64,000 nucleotides of DNA from Somniosus microcephalus. Its lineage: Eukaryota. Below are positions 23,120 through 33,846 of the stretch, piece by piece (the stretch's first letter is position 1; each line of letters opens with the position of its first letter). Below the pieces are notes generated by a model. It was not told the origin of the DNA and ran no database searches. It was given only the letters and a program-made list of their open reading frames with translations. The stretch is taken from contig CM126217.1 in the NCBI GenBank assembly GCA_052327205.1, forward strand, positions 39,742,001 through 39,806,000, in the 5' to 3' direction. The position numbers were made by a program, and so were the translations under genes.

Positions 23120-25532
23120 ATGAGCAGGGAAATGACATATCCTGAGCATTACACAAAAAATAAAACGACATAACACTAAAAAGTAACCCAGAGGTCCTCT
23201 ACGTTGACTATACCACACACAGAGGGATTAAGACGAAGAACAACCTCATATTCTACACCGACTCCACTCCCTCATGGAAGGAGACTTTAAAAAAACACTA
23301 CGCATACGTCTTCAGTGAAGGTATTGGCAGTGGAGGCAGACTGAAAATATGTAAAGATGGAAATCTAGATAAAGATGACCCCCTGTTAACCATAAGCTAC
23401 TACATCAAAACAGGAAAGATCATGATACAGGGGAATGCAGAAAATCTGAACTCCTTCGAAAAAGATTTCCCCCAGTTGAAAACTAATGCAGCCACAAAGA
23501 GGACCAATGGACAGGAGGCAATAGAGATTTGAACAGAGGATGAGGAGAGCCAAGCGGAGGAAGAAGAAGAGAGACCAGCAGAGGCAATCACCTCCCTGCC
23601 CAACTCCACCCCCCCCCACACCTCTCAACGCAAACACAATGCTGAAGGAGAGTCTGTCCAAACTAGAACTCGATTTCAACGAATACAGAGAAACACAGGC
23701 CAAGAATCTGAAGGAGGAACTCAAACAGCTGAAAACGAGTCCACCATCCACAAGCTGAGAAAGACCGTAGAGGAACAAAGAAATGAGATCAAAGAACTCC
23801 ATACTCAGCTAAACAAAACTATGGAGGCCGTAGAAAGGCTCAGCAGGCAACACAAAACTCCTAAGGTCCAAAAACCTGATGACACAAAAACAACACACAC
23901 AAGGACACAGAACCCATCGGATGCAACCCCACACGGGAACACATCAAAAGCCCCAAACCCCGCTCTTGCCACACAGTCTATCCCAGAAACCCAGCCAACA
24001 ACCAGCCCTCAGTCGAGCCATGCCAAGACTACGGCTACCCAGTCCTCACACACAGGAACACAAAAACCATCAGATACCCCCCCAAACGAGGACACACCGA
24101 AAGCCTCAAACCCTGCTCCTGCCACACAACATATCCCAGAAACCCAGCCAACAACCAGCCATCAGTCGAGTCTTGCCAAGACTACTGTTACCCAGTCTGA
24201 AAAACCAGCCCCTCAGGCAGTCACAATTCACAATTCAAATCGCTTTATTGGCATGATAAGTTACATCTTATGTTGCCAAAGCATCAAAATACATTTATGG
24301 TTTAGCACATAAACGCAGTTCTATTCATACAGTGTATAAACAGGTATATCCCTGAGTGTATAAATATACATTCGCATTGTTTATATATTTTCTTAGTTTA
24401 CTGGTTGTCCCTCTGTTCATGGCAAGCTGTAACATAGTGTGCCGCCAATGTTATACAGCTTCTCTCCTCTCCCAGTAGGAATGGGAGTTTTTGGTTGTCA
24501 TTCAGATTTCTGAAATCAGGGCATATTTGTGAGAATTTTTGGTAGAAATTCTCCCTGATGCCCTGATATTTTCCGCAGGCTGTGAGGAAGTGCATCTCTG
24601 TCTCCACTACTCCCTGACTGCAGTGAGAGCATATCCTGTCTTCTCTTGGTAGCCTGGTCTGCCTGTGTCTGCCTTTTTCGATCGCTAGGCTGTGTTCGCT
24701 AAGTCTGTACCTTGTCAAGGTTCTTCTCAGTTTGTTATCCTTTACCATGGTCAGGTAATCAGCTATGTTGTATTGTCTGTTTAGGGCCAAGTAGCAATTG
24801 AGTTTGCTTTGGGTTTTTGTTGTTTCTGCCCAATATGTCAGATATTTTTCCTTTTGCTTTTCCTGCTGACCGACTCCAACGGAAAGTTTCTGGACCCCCA
24901 GAGGCTGTCCCCAGGCCATCAAGTCCTGAAAAAATGGTGCAGCAACACAGACCAAGCAATGAAGGTCCTGAACAAAGAATCCCTTGGTAGCCCCAAATGG
25001 ATTGTGATCCACACAGGCACGAACGACCTACGCACACTACGGGGAGACACTGCTAGGGCAATGAGCAAGATGGCGGAAAAGGCCAGCAGGGAATTCCCCG
25101 AGACACAGATCGTGATCTCCACACTACTGCCCAGAAAGGACACCCCAGCCCATATAATCCACAACGCCAACAGGGAAATCGACAAGAGATGTTCTGTCCT
25201 CCCCAACGTCTACCTGGCCCATCATCCAAACATCAACACAAGGGACCTCTATGACGAAATACATCTACTCAAACAGCGGATGTGGGTCTTCGCAAAAAAA
25301 CCTCATAAACACTGCCAAAAGACGCAGCCGTCCCACCCCCTCTACCATTGGGAGCCCTAACCCAAACAGGACCACCAATGCACCCCACCCCCCTATACAA
25401 AACCAACAACAGAACCGTGCTTTTATACCTGACCCAAGACCCCCCTCTAGACCACAGACTGTAGACCAAGAACTGAGAAAGATCATGACGATGATGAACA
25501 GCCTGATAGAAAGCCGGAGAGGAATGCACTAA
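23120..25532 (+). pseudogene. Disrupted LINE ORF1 (coiled coil, two 51-aa repeats, SGNH-type esterase)
   Basis: Pieces in shifting frames: NLIFYTD, TGKIMIQG, SKLELDF, then LLTDSNGK / HTGTNDL / DEIHL (SGNH blocks I, III, V). Stops at ~23170 and ~23530, frameshifts, and a nested insertion. Confidence 0.75.
24225..24859 (-). mobile_element. 5'-truncated copy of a second, diverged RTEX-like family inserted antisense into ORF1
   Basis: Minus strand KQKEKYLTYW...LTRYRLSEHSLAIEKGRH...CSHC...ETEMHFL (stop at 24398), then GCTTTGGCAA...CATGCCAATAAAGC and a GAATTGT-type tail. Host ORF1 reads PQAVT on the left and FLLTDSNGK on the right. Confidence 0.88.
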
Positions 25533-25721
25533 ATTATTAATATTGTTATTTATCATTATCATTATTGTTATCTTATCAGTATTATTACTATTATTAGATA
25601 GCTATATGTGCATGCCTCATGAAATTTATACTAAATCATCATTTAGCATTATAGAAAATAGTGTTTCCACACGCATCCCACAAAATAGGTCCATTTTATT
25701 TTGTTTTTTTGAACTATATAA

Positions 25722-28700
25722 ATGCGTTCTTTCCACATAAGCTGCTGGAATATCCAGGGCCTCCGCTCCTCAACTTTTGGGATGAAGAGTACAGACCCTG
25801 AATTCCTAAAAGCTATAAAAGACATTGATATAATTGTGTTAACAGAAACATGGTGCCAAAAGGACGTGCCGACCCACTGTCCTCCAATGTACCATGAAAT
25901 CATTGTGCCCTCAGTAAAGAACACTAAAACACGCAAGGGCAGAACCTCCGGGGGAATATTGGTGTGGTATAAGGGAGAACTGGACAAACACATCTCACCG
26001 GTAAAACAGGGAAAATCACACGTATGGCTAAAACTAGATAAAAATATAGGAATAGCAAAAAAAGATGTTTACTTATGTGCGATCTACATACCTCCAATAG
26101 AATCGCCATATTTCGAAGAGGAGTTATTTGATACTCTCCACATGGAAATCAGCCATTTCCAGGCCCAAGGAAAGGTGATAATATGTGGGGACCTAAATGC
26201 AAGGACCGGTTGTGAACCTGACTTCATAGACCCACAGGGAAACAACCATGTGTTTGGCCAGACCCCTTTAGATGTCACACCAGCCATCGCAAATCGGAAC
26301 AACCTTGATCGTGAAATAAATAAAAGCGGTAGGGAGGTAGTGCAACTCTGCCGAGCCTTAGGCCTGTACATAGTTAACGGTAGGTTCAGAGGGGACTCCC
26401 TAGGGAGACTCACATACTCCTCAACTCTTGGGTCTAGTGTGGTGGACTATACAATCACTGACCTGGACCCCTCCGATATCAACTCATTCACTGTCAGGCA
26501 GCAATCCCCCCTCTCAGACCATAACCAAATAAATATGTACCTTAAACTTTCTGCCCAAACTACAGACACAAAAAAGGAACCCAGTAAGCTCCATAAAATA
26601 AACCAGACATACAGATGGGCCCCAGACAGTGGAGAAAAATTCATCACAGCACTAAAGTCACCTGATCTCACAAGTAAAATATCAAAATTTAAAGAAAACC
26701 CATACGAGATCACCAGAGATGGTGTAAACATGGCCATAGAGGATATAAATATGATCTTCCATGAGGCAGCTGTAAAAGCCGACCTTGTGAAACAGAAGAG
26801 GAAGCGTCACAAAAGACAAAATAAAAATAAGAAATGGTTTGACCACGAATGCAAAAATGCCAGAAAAGACCTGAGAAAAATATCAAACCAAAAGCATCGG
26901 CAACCAAACAATCCGGACCTACGTACTAGATACAATGAAACCCTCAAAAGATATAAACACACCATTAGGAACAAAACACAAAACTATACCCACAAAATAC
27001 TCGAAGAAATTGAAAACTCCACCAATCCAAAACAATTCTGGGAAATGTGGAATAACCTGAGTACAACACAATTGCAAGCATTACCAATCCAAGATGGCGA
27101 CATCTGGAGAACACATTTTGAAAACCTCTACAAAGACATCCCAATAAACGAAACAAACCCAAGTCAACATCAGGTCACAGAAAAACTCCACACATTAGAA
27201 GCAACAATTAAAGACAACCAAAACCCTCTAGACTCCCCAATCACATGGAAAGAACTGGCCACAAAAACAAAATCTCTCCACCTAAAGAAAGCCTGTGGCC
27301 CAGACAACATCAAAAATGAAATGCTCAAGTTCAGCAATATGGAGATGCAGGGTGCGGTCCTCAAATTATTCAACATCATATTACGTTCAGGCTGTTTTCC
27401 CGATATCTGGTGCCAAGGACTAATCTCCCCCATATATAAAAGTGGAAACAAATCAGACCCAAATAACTACCGCGGCATCTGTGTCAACAGTTGTCTAGGG
27501 AAGTTATTCTGCAGTATTCTAAATAGTAGATTACTTGATTTTCTTAACAAACATAATATCCTCAGAAAAAACCAAATAGGCTTTCTTCCAAAACACCGCA
27601 CCGCCGACCATATCTATACCCTTCACACCCTCATTGAAAAACATATACACCAAACAAAAAATGGGAAAATATTCGCCTGTTTCATCGACTTCAAGAAAGC
27701 CTTTGACTCTATATGGCACGAAGGGCTCTATTGTAAACTTCTTCAGTGTGGAATAGGGGGCAAAGTCTATGACCTTATTAAATCAATGTATCTGAAAAAC
27801 AAATGCGGGGTCAAAATTGGAGACAAACGCACCGATTTCTTCACCCAGAGAAGAGGCGTCCGGCAGGGCTGCAATTTGAGCCCGACCCTGTTCAACATAT
27901 ACATAAATGAATTAGCAGACATGCTGGAGCAAAGCGAGTCACCAGGTCTCCGTCTCCTGGATGGAGAAGTGAAATCCCTGTTCTATGCGGACGACCTGGT
28001 TCTGCTGTCTCCCACAGAACAGGGATTACAGCAACAACTAGACCTACTCGACAAATACTGCCAAAATTGGGCTCTAACAGTAAATCTAAAGAAAACCAAC
28101 ATCATGATTTTTCAAAAAAGGCCCAGATGTCAGGAAAACAAATACCAATTTACCCTCAGTGATACCGCTATAGGACACACTATGAGCTACACCTACCTTG
28201 GTCTAACTATTACAGCATCAGGGAGCTTCAGCATAGCAGTGAATGCACTAAAAGAAAAAGCCCGAAGAGCCCTATATGCAATAAAAAGAAAATTCTACAA
28301 CATCCAAATCTCAATCAAAATCTGGCTCAAAATATTTGACAGCATAATCCTGCCCATTGCACTGTACGGTAGTGAAGTATGGGGCCCGCTAAATCACCAA
28401 AGCTACACTAAATGGGAAAAACACACAATAGAAGCCCTACATGCAGAATTCTGCCGAAGCATCCTTCGCACCCAAAGAAAAACGCCAACAAATGCATGCA
28501 GAGCCGAACTAGGCAGATACCCACTGATAATAAACATCCAAAAACGAGCACTAAACTTCCTAAATCACCTCAAATCTAGCTCCCCAGACACCCTTCATTT
28601 CAAAGCCTTTCAGACCCAAGAGCTAAACCCAGAAAAGAGTCCCCTGAGTCAGCTGCTACTGAAACTAAGTACTCAGCCGGACCCTGACCAGCCCCAGACC

Positions 28701-29201
28701 AACACAGCCGTCCAAACACCAATCCGAGTGAACCAAATCATTAAACAATGCAAAGAAACCTACCTGGAACATTGGAACAAAATAACCGAAAGCCAAAGCA
28801 GATTAGAATGTTACCGGGCCCTAAAAAGAGATTATAAACTGGCAGACTACCTCACGACCATCAGAGACACAAAACAGAGACAGACCCTCACCAGGTACAG
28901 ACTAAGCGACCACCAACTGGAAATTGAAAAAGGCAGATACAAGAAATCCTGGCAGCCTAGAGAGAATAGAATATGCGATCAATGTCTGGCCGGCGAGGTT
29001 GAAACAGAAATGCATTTCCTCCTAAAATGCGAAAAATTCAACACATCAAGAAACATATTATTCAACAAGCTAAGCCAAACAACCCCAGATTTCAAGGAAT
29101 TGGATGACCTGTCAAAATTGAGATTAGTCCAGGGAGAAGGAGACAGACCATACCTTGGGGCCAAATATGTAACAACATGTCACAACCTGAGGACTGTTTA
29201 A
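25722..29201 (+). CDS. Intact LINE ORF2: AP endonuclease, reverse transcriptase and C-terminal Cys/His domain (1159 aa)
   Basis: WNIQGL, LTETW, GDLNAR, SDH (endonuclease); NYRGI, QIGF, DFKKAFD, GVRQG, YADD, YLG (RT); CDQC...EMHFLLKC. No stops or frameshifts. Confidence 0.95.
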   Translation: MRSFHISCWNIQGLRSSTFGMKSTDPEFLKAIKDIDIIVLTETWCQKDVPTHCPPMYHEIIVPSVKNTKTRKGRTSGGILVWYKGELDKHISPVKQGKSHVWLKLDKNIGIAKKDVYLCAIYIPPIESPYFEEELFDTLHMEISHFQAQGKVIICGDLNARTGCEPDFIDPQGNNHVFGQTPLDVTPAIANRNNLDREINKSGREVVQLCRALGLYIVNGRFRGDSLGRLTYSSTLGSSVVDYTITDLDPSDINSFTVRQQSPLSDHNQINMYLKLSAQTTDTKKEPSKLHKINQTYRWAPDSGEKFITALKSPDLTSKISKFKENPYEITRDGVNMAIEDINMIFHEAAVKADLVKQKRKRHKRQNKNKKWFDHECKNARKDLRKISNQKHRQPNNPDLRTRYNETLKRYKHTIRNKTQNYTHKILEEIENSTNPKQFWEMWNNLSTTQLQALPIQDGDIWRTHFENLYKDIPINETNPSQHQVTEKLHTLEATIKDNQNPLDSPITWKELATKTKSLHLKKACGPDNIKNEMLKFSNMEMQGAVLKLFNIILRSGCFPDIWCQGLISPIYKSGNKSDPNNYRGICVNSCLGKLFCSILNSRLLDFLNKHNILRKNQIGFLPKHRTADHIYTLHTLIEKHIHQTKNGKIFACFIDFKKAFDSIWHEGLYCKLLQCGIGGKVYDLIKSMYLKNKCGVKIGDKRTDFFTQRRGVRQGCNLSPTLFNIYINELADMLEQSESPGLRLLDGEVKSLFYADDLVLLSPTEQGLQQQLDLLDKYCQNWALTVNLKKTNIMIFQKRPRCQENKYQFTLSDTAIGHTMSYTYLGLTITASGSFSIAVNALKEKARRALYAIKRKFYNIQISIKIWLKIFDSIILPIALYGSEVWGPLNHQSYTKWEKHTIEALHAEFCRSILRTQRKTPTNACRAELGRYPLIINIQKRALNFLNHLKSSSPDTLHFKAFQTQELNPEKSPLSQLLLKLSTQPDPDQPQTNTAVQTPIRVNQIIKQCKETYLEHWNKITESQSRLECYRALKRDYKLADYLTTIRDTKQRQTLTRYRLSDHQLEIEKGRYKKSWQPRENRICDQCLAGEVETEMHFLLKCEKFNTSRNILFNKLSQTTPDFKELDDLSKLRLVQGEGDRPYLGAKYVTTCHNLRTV

Positions 29202-29400
29202 AATTAATATTGAACGTACCAAATGAAGTACAAAGACTGTTTAAAATTAATATTGTTTAAAAGTAATATTGTATGTACCCAACAAATGTCAAATCGATTG
29301 ACACCTACAGAATGTTTGAAAATGTACCTTTTTGCTATGTAAGCTTTGGCAATATGGTTCTCTGTAAACTTTCATGCCAATAAAGCATTTGAATTGAATT

Positions 29401-29779
29401 GAGAGAGATTGGGAGTGTGAGAGAGAGAGAGAGATTGGGAGTGNNNNNNNNNNNNNNNNNNNNNNNNNNNNNNNNNNNNNNNNNNNNNNNNNNNNNNNNN
29501 NNNNNNNNNNNNNNNNNNNNNNNNNNNNNNNNNNNNNNNNNNNNNNNNNNNNNNNNNNNNNNNNNNNNNNNNNNNNNNNNNNNNNNNNNNNNNNNNNNNN
29601 NNNNNNNNNNNNNNNNNNNNNNNNNNNNNNNNNNNNNNNNNNNNNNNNNNNNNNNNNNNNNNNNNNNNNNNNNNNNNNNNNNNNNNNNNNNNNNNNNNNN
29701 NNNNNNNNNNNNNNNNNNNNNNNNNNNNNNNNNNNNNNNNNNNNNNNNNNNNNNNNNNNNNNNNNNNNNNNNNNNAGAT

Positions 29780-29819
<40 letters not shown>

Positions 29820-32163
29820 AGTGAGAGAGAGAGAGAGAGAGATTGGGAATGAGAGAGAGAGAGNNNNNNNNNNNNNNNNNNNNNNNNNNNNNNNNNNNNN
29901 NNNNNNNNNNNNNNNNNNNNNNNNNNNNNNNNNNNNNNNNNNNNNNNNNNNNNNNNNNNNNNNNNNNNNNNNNNNNNNNNNNNNNNNNNNNNNNNNNNNN
30001 NNNNNNNNNNNNNNNNNNNNNNNNNNNNNNNNNNNNNNNNNNNNNNNNNNNNNNNNNNNNNNNNNNNNNNNNNNNNNNNNNNNNNNNNNNNNNNNNNNNN
30101 NNNNNNNNNNNNNNNNNNNNNNNNNNNNNNNNNNNNNNNNNNNNNNNNNNNNNNNNNNNNNNNNNNNNNNNNNNNNNNNNNAGAGAGATTGGGAGTGGGA
30201 GTGAGAGAGAGAGAGAGAGAGATTAGGAGTGAGAGAGAGAGAGAGATTGGGAGTGAGAGAGAGAGAGAGAGATTGGGAGTGAGAGAGAGAGAGAGAGATT
30301 GGGAGTGAGAGAGAGAGAGAGATTGGGAGTGAGAGAGAGAGAGAGAGAGATTGGGAGTGAGAGAGAGAGAGAGAGAGATTGGGAGTGAGAGAGAGAGAGA
30401 GAGAGAGATTGGGAGTGAGAGAGAGANNNNNNNNNNNNNNNNNNNNNNNNNNNNNNNNNNNNNNNNNNNNNNNNNNNNNNNNNNNNNNNNNNNNNNNNNN
30501 NNNNNNNNNNNNNNNNNNNNNNNNNNNNNNNNNNNNNNNNNNNNNNNNNNNNNNNNNNNNNNNNNNNNTGAAACAGAGATGCATTTCCTCCTAAAATGCG
30601 AAAAATTCAACACATCAAGAAACATATTATTCAACAAGCTAAGCCAAACAACCCCAGATTTCAAGGAATTGGATGACCTGTCAAAATTGAGATTAGTCCT
30701 GGGAGAAGGAGACAGACCATACCTTGGGGCCAAATATGTAACAACATGTCACAACCTGAGGACTGTTTAAAATTAATATTGAACGTACCAAATGAAGTAC
30801 AAAGACTGTTTAAAATTAATATTGTTTAAAAGTAACATTGTATGTACCCAACAAATGTCAAATCGATTGACACCTACAGAATGTTGGAAAACTGTACCTT
30901 TTTGCTATGTAAGCTTTGGCAATATGGTTCTCTGTAAACTTTCATGCCAATAAAGCATTTGAATTGGAAATTGGAATTGGAATTGGAGAGAGAGAGATTG
31001 GGAGTGTGAGAGAGAGAGAGATTGGGAGTGAGAGAGAGAGAGAGATTGGGAGAGTGGGAGNNNNNNNNNNNNNNNNNNNNNNNNNNNNNNNNNNNNNNNN
31101 NNNNNNNNNNNNNNNNNNNNNNNNNNNNNNNNNNNNNNNNNNNNNNNNNNNNNNNNNNNNNNNNNNNNNNNNNNNNNNNNNNNNNNNNNNNNNNNNNNNN
31201 NNNNNNNNNNNNNNNNNNNNNNNNNNNNNNNNNNNNNNNNNNNNNNNNNNNNNNNNNNNNNNNNNNNNNNNNNNNNNNNNNNNNNNNNNNNNNNNNNNNN
31301 NNNNNNNNNNNNNNNNNNNNNNNNNNNNNNNNNNNNNNNNNNNNNNNNNNNNNNNNNNNNNNNNNNNNNNNNNNNNNNNNNNNNNNNNNNNNNNNNNNNN
31401 NNNNNNNNNNNNNNNNNNNNNNNGAGAGATNNNNNNNNNNNNNNNNNNNNNNNNNNNNNNNNNNNNNNNNNNNNNNNNNNNNNNNNNNNNNNNNNNNNNN
31501 NNNNNNNNNNNNNNNNNNNNNNNNNNNNNNNNNNNNNNNNNNNNNNNNNNNNNNNNNNNNNNNNNNNNNNNNNNNNNNNNNNNNNNNNNNNNNNNNNNNN
31601 NNNNNNNNNNNNNNNNNNNNNNNNNNNNNNNNNNNNNNNNNNNNNNNNNNNNNNNNNNNNNNNNNNNNNNNNNNNNNNNNNNNNNNNNNNNNNNNNNNNN
31701 NNNNNNNNNNNNNNNNNNNNNNNNNNNNNNNNNNNNNNNNNNNNNNNNNNNNNNNNNNNNNNNNNNNNNNNNNNNNNNNNNNNNNNNGATTGGGAGAGAG
31801 AGATTGGGAGAGAGAGATTGGGAGAGAGAGATTGGGAGAGAGAGAGAGAGAGATTGGGAGAGGGAGAGAGAGAGAGAGAGAGATTGGGAGAGAGAGAGAG
31901 ATTGGAGAGAGAGATTGGGTGATAGAGAGAGAGAGAGAGAGAGATTGGGAGAGAGAGATTGGGAAGAGANNNNNNNNNNNNNNNNNNNNNNNNNNNNNNN
32001 NNNNNNNNNNNNNNNNNNNNNNNNNNNNNNNNNNNNNNNNNNNNNNNNNNNNNNNNNNNNNNNNNNNNNNNNNNNNNNNNNNNNNNNNNNNNNNNNNNNN
32101 NNNNNNNNNNNNNNNNNNNNNNNNNNNNNNNNNNNNNNNNNNNNNNNNNNNNNNNNNNNNNNG
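29401..32163. repeat. (GA)n-ATTGGGAGT satellite, heavily N-masked
   Basis: Repeated GAGAGAGATTGGGAGT(GA)n units of variable length. Confidence 0.9.
30569..30986 (+). mobile_element. Second 3' end of the RTEX-like LINE
   Basis: Near-identical to 29000-29400 with a few substitutions. Tail GAATTGG-type. 5' junction hidden by Ns. Confidence 0.85.
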
Positions 32164-32166
32164 GAG

Positions 32167-32782
32167 TACTCAGCCGGACCCTGACCAGTCCCAGACCAAC
32201 ACAGCGTCCAAACACCAATCCGAGTGAACCAAATCATTAAACAATGCAAAGAAACCTACCTGGAACATTGGAACAAAATAACCGAAAGCCAAAGCAGATT
32301 AGAATGTTACCGGGCCCTAAAAAGAGAATATAAACTGGCAGACTACCTCACGACCATCAGAGACACAAAACAGAGACAGACCCTCACCAGGTACAGACTA
32401 AGCGACCACCAACTAGAAATTGAAAAAGGCAGATACAAGAAATCCTGGCAGCCTAGAGAGAATAGAATATGCGATCAATGTCTGGCCGGCGAGGTTGAAA
32501 CAGAAATGCATTTCCTCCTAAATGCGAAAAATTCAACACATCAAGAAACATATTATTCAACAAGCTAAGCCAAACAACCCCAGATTTCAAGGAATTGGAT
32601 GACCTGTCAAAATTGAGATTAGTCCTGGGAGAAGGAGACAGACCATACCTTGGGGCCAAATATGTAACAACATGTCACAACCTGAGGACTGTTTAAAATT
32701 AAGGCTGTTTAAAATTAATATTGATGTACCAAATGAAGTACAAAGACTGTTAAAATTAATATTGTTTAAAAGTAATATTGTA
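32167..32782 (+). mobile_element. Third 3' fragment of the RTEX-like LINE
   Basis: Matches ~28668-29272 with small indels. Bounded by Ns on both sides. Confidence 0.85.
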
Positions 32783-33282
32783 NNNNNNNNNNNNNNNNNN
32801 NNNNNNNNNNNNNNNNNNNNNNNNNNNNNNNNNNNNNNNNNNNNNNNNNNNNNNNNNNNNNNNNNNNNNNNNNNNNNNNNNNNNNNNNNNNNNNNNNNNN
32901 NNNNNNNNNNNNNNNNNNNNNNNNNNNNNNNNNNNNNNNNNNNNNNNNNNNNNNNNNNNNNNNNNNNNNNNNNNNNNNNNNNNNNNNNNNNNNNNNNNNN
33001 NNNNNNNNNNNNNNNNNNNNNNNNNNNNNNNNNNNNNNNNNNNNNNNNNNNNNNNNNNNNNNNNNNNNNNNNNNNNNNNNNNNNNNNNNNNNNNNNNNNN
33101 NNNNNNNNNNNNNNNNNNNNNNNNNNNNNNNNNNNNNNNNNNNNNNNNNNNNNNNNNNNNNNNNNNNNNNNNNNNNNNNNNNNNNNNNNNNNNNNNNNNN
33201 NNNNNNNNNNNNNNNNNNNNNNNNNNNNNNNNNNNNNNNNNNNNNNNNNNNNNNNNNNNNNNNNNNNNNNNNNNNNNNNNNN
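32783..33282. other. Scaffold gap of exactly 500 N
   Basis: Round length, unlike the other N runs. Purine strand bias flips from GA to CT across it. Confidence 0.85.
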
Positions 33283-33504
33283 CTCCCCCTCAGTCGTTCT
33301 CTCTCTCTTCCCCCCCCCTCTCTCTACACCCCACCCTGCTCTGCTCTCTGCTTCTCTCTCCCCCCCCCCCACATCACTTCAGCATCTCCCCCACCCCCCG
33401 CTCACTCTTCGCTCTTCCCACTCCCCCCAGCTCACTCAGCTCCTCGACCCCCCCCTACTCTCGCCTCTCTTCCCCTCCCCCACTCACTTCGCTCTCTTCC
33501 CCCC

Positions 33505-33764
33505 TGTGATATAAAATAATAACTTCCGGGAAGTTATGTCATCACTTCCTGTGAACTGTGAACTTATGAACTATGTACAAACCTCACTTCCTGTCATGTG
33601 TCACTTCCTGTTGAACCTGGTATAAATACTGGTCTGTTCAGTATTGTAAGAGGCTTCTACCAGAGGCATGGGTAAAGACCCTCTCTTGTATATAGTGTGT
33701 TTTATAAGTTACTTAAAGCTTACTTTAAAGTTACTTGATGGTAAGCCTCCTTTTTCTTACATCA
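33505..33764 (+). repeat. Gypsy 5' LTR
   Basis: TGTGAT...ACATCA, with TATAAATA at 33621. Differs from the 3' LTR mainly by single-base indels. Confidence 0.95.
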
Positions 33765-33846
33765 ATTTAAGTAACTTAGTATTTCCACTCACAAATACTA
33801 GACCTTCGGACAAACTCGGAATTAAGGATCCAGGGAACCACCCATC

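Larger units (their letters stand above)
21878..29400 (+). mobile_element. Near full-length RTE-group (RTEX-like) LINE inserted in the GA satellite
   Basis: 5'UTR with CpG-rich tandem repeats, esterase ORF1 remnant, intact ORF2 (GVRQGCNLSP, YADD), 3' AATAAA plus (GAATT)n tail. A 33-nt direct repeat flanks it (21845-21877, 29401-29433). Clade assigned from motifs only. Confidence 0.85.

Noticed and set aside
24398-25360. Overlapping antiparallel ORFs 24398-25012 (-) and 24809-25360 (+) as a gene pair
   Set aside because: Each is a chimera reading across the junction between the nested LINE and the host ORF1.
29289-33514. ORFs spanning the satellite and gaps
   Set aside because: Same artefact. 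Only the LINE 3' fragments are meaningful.
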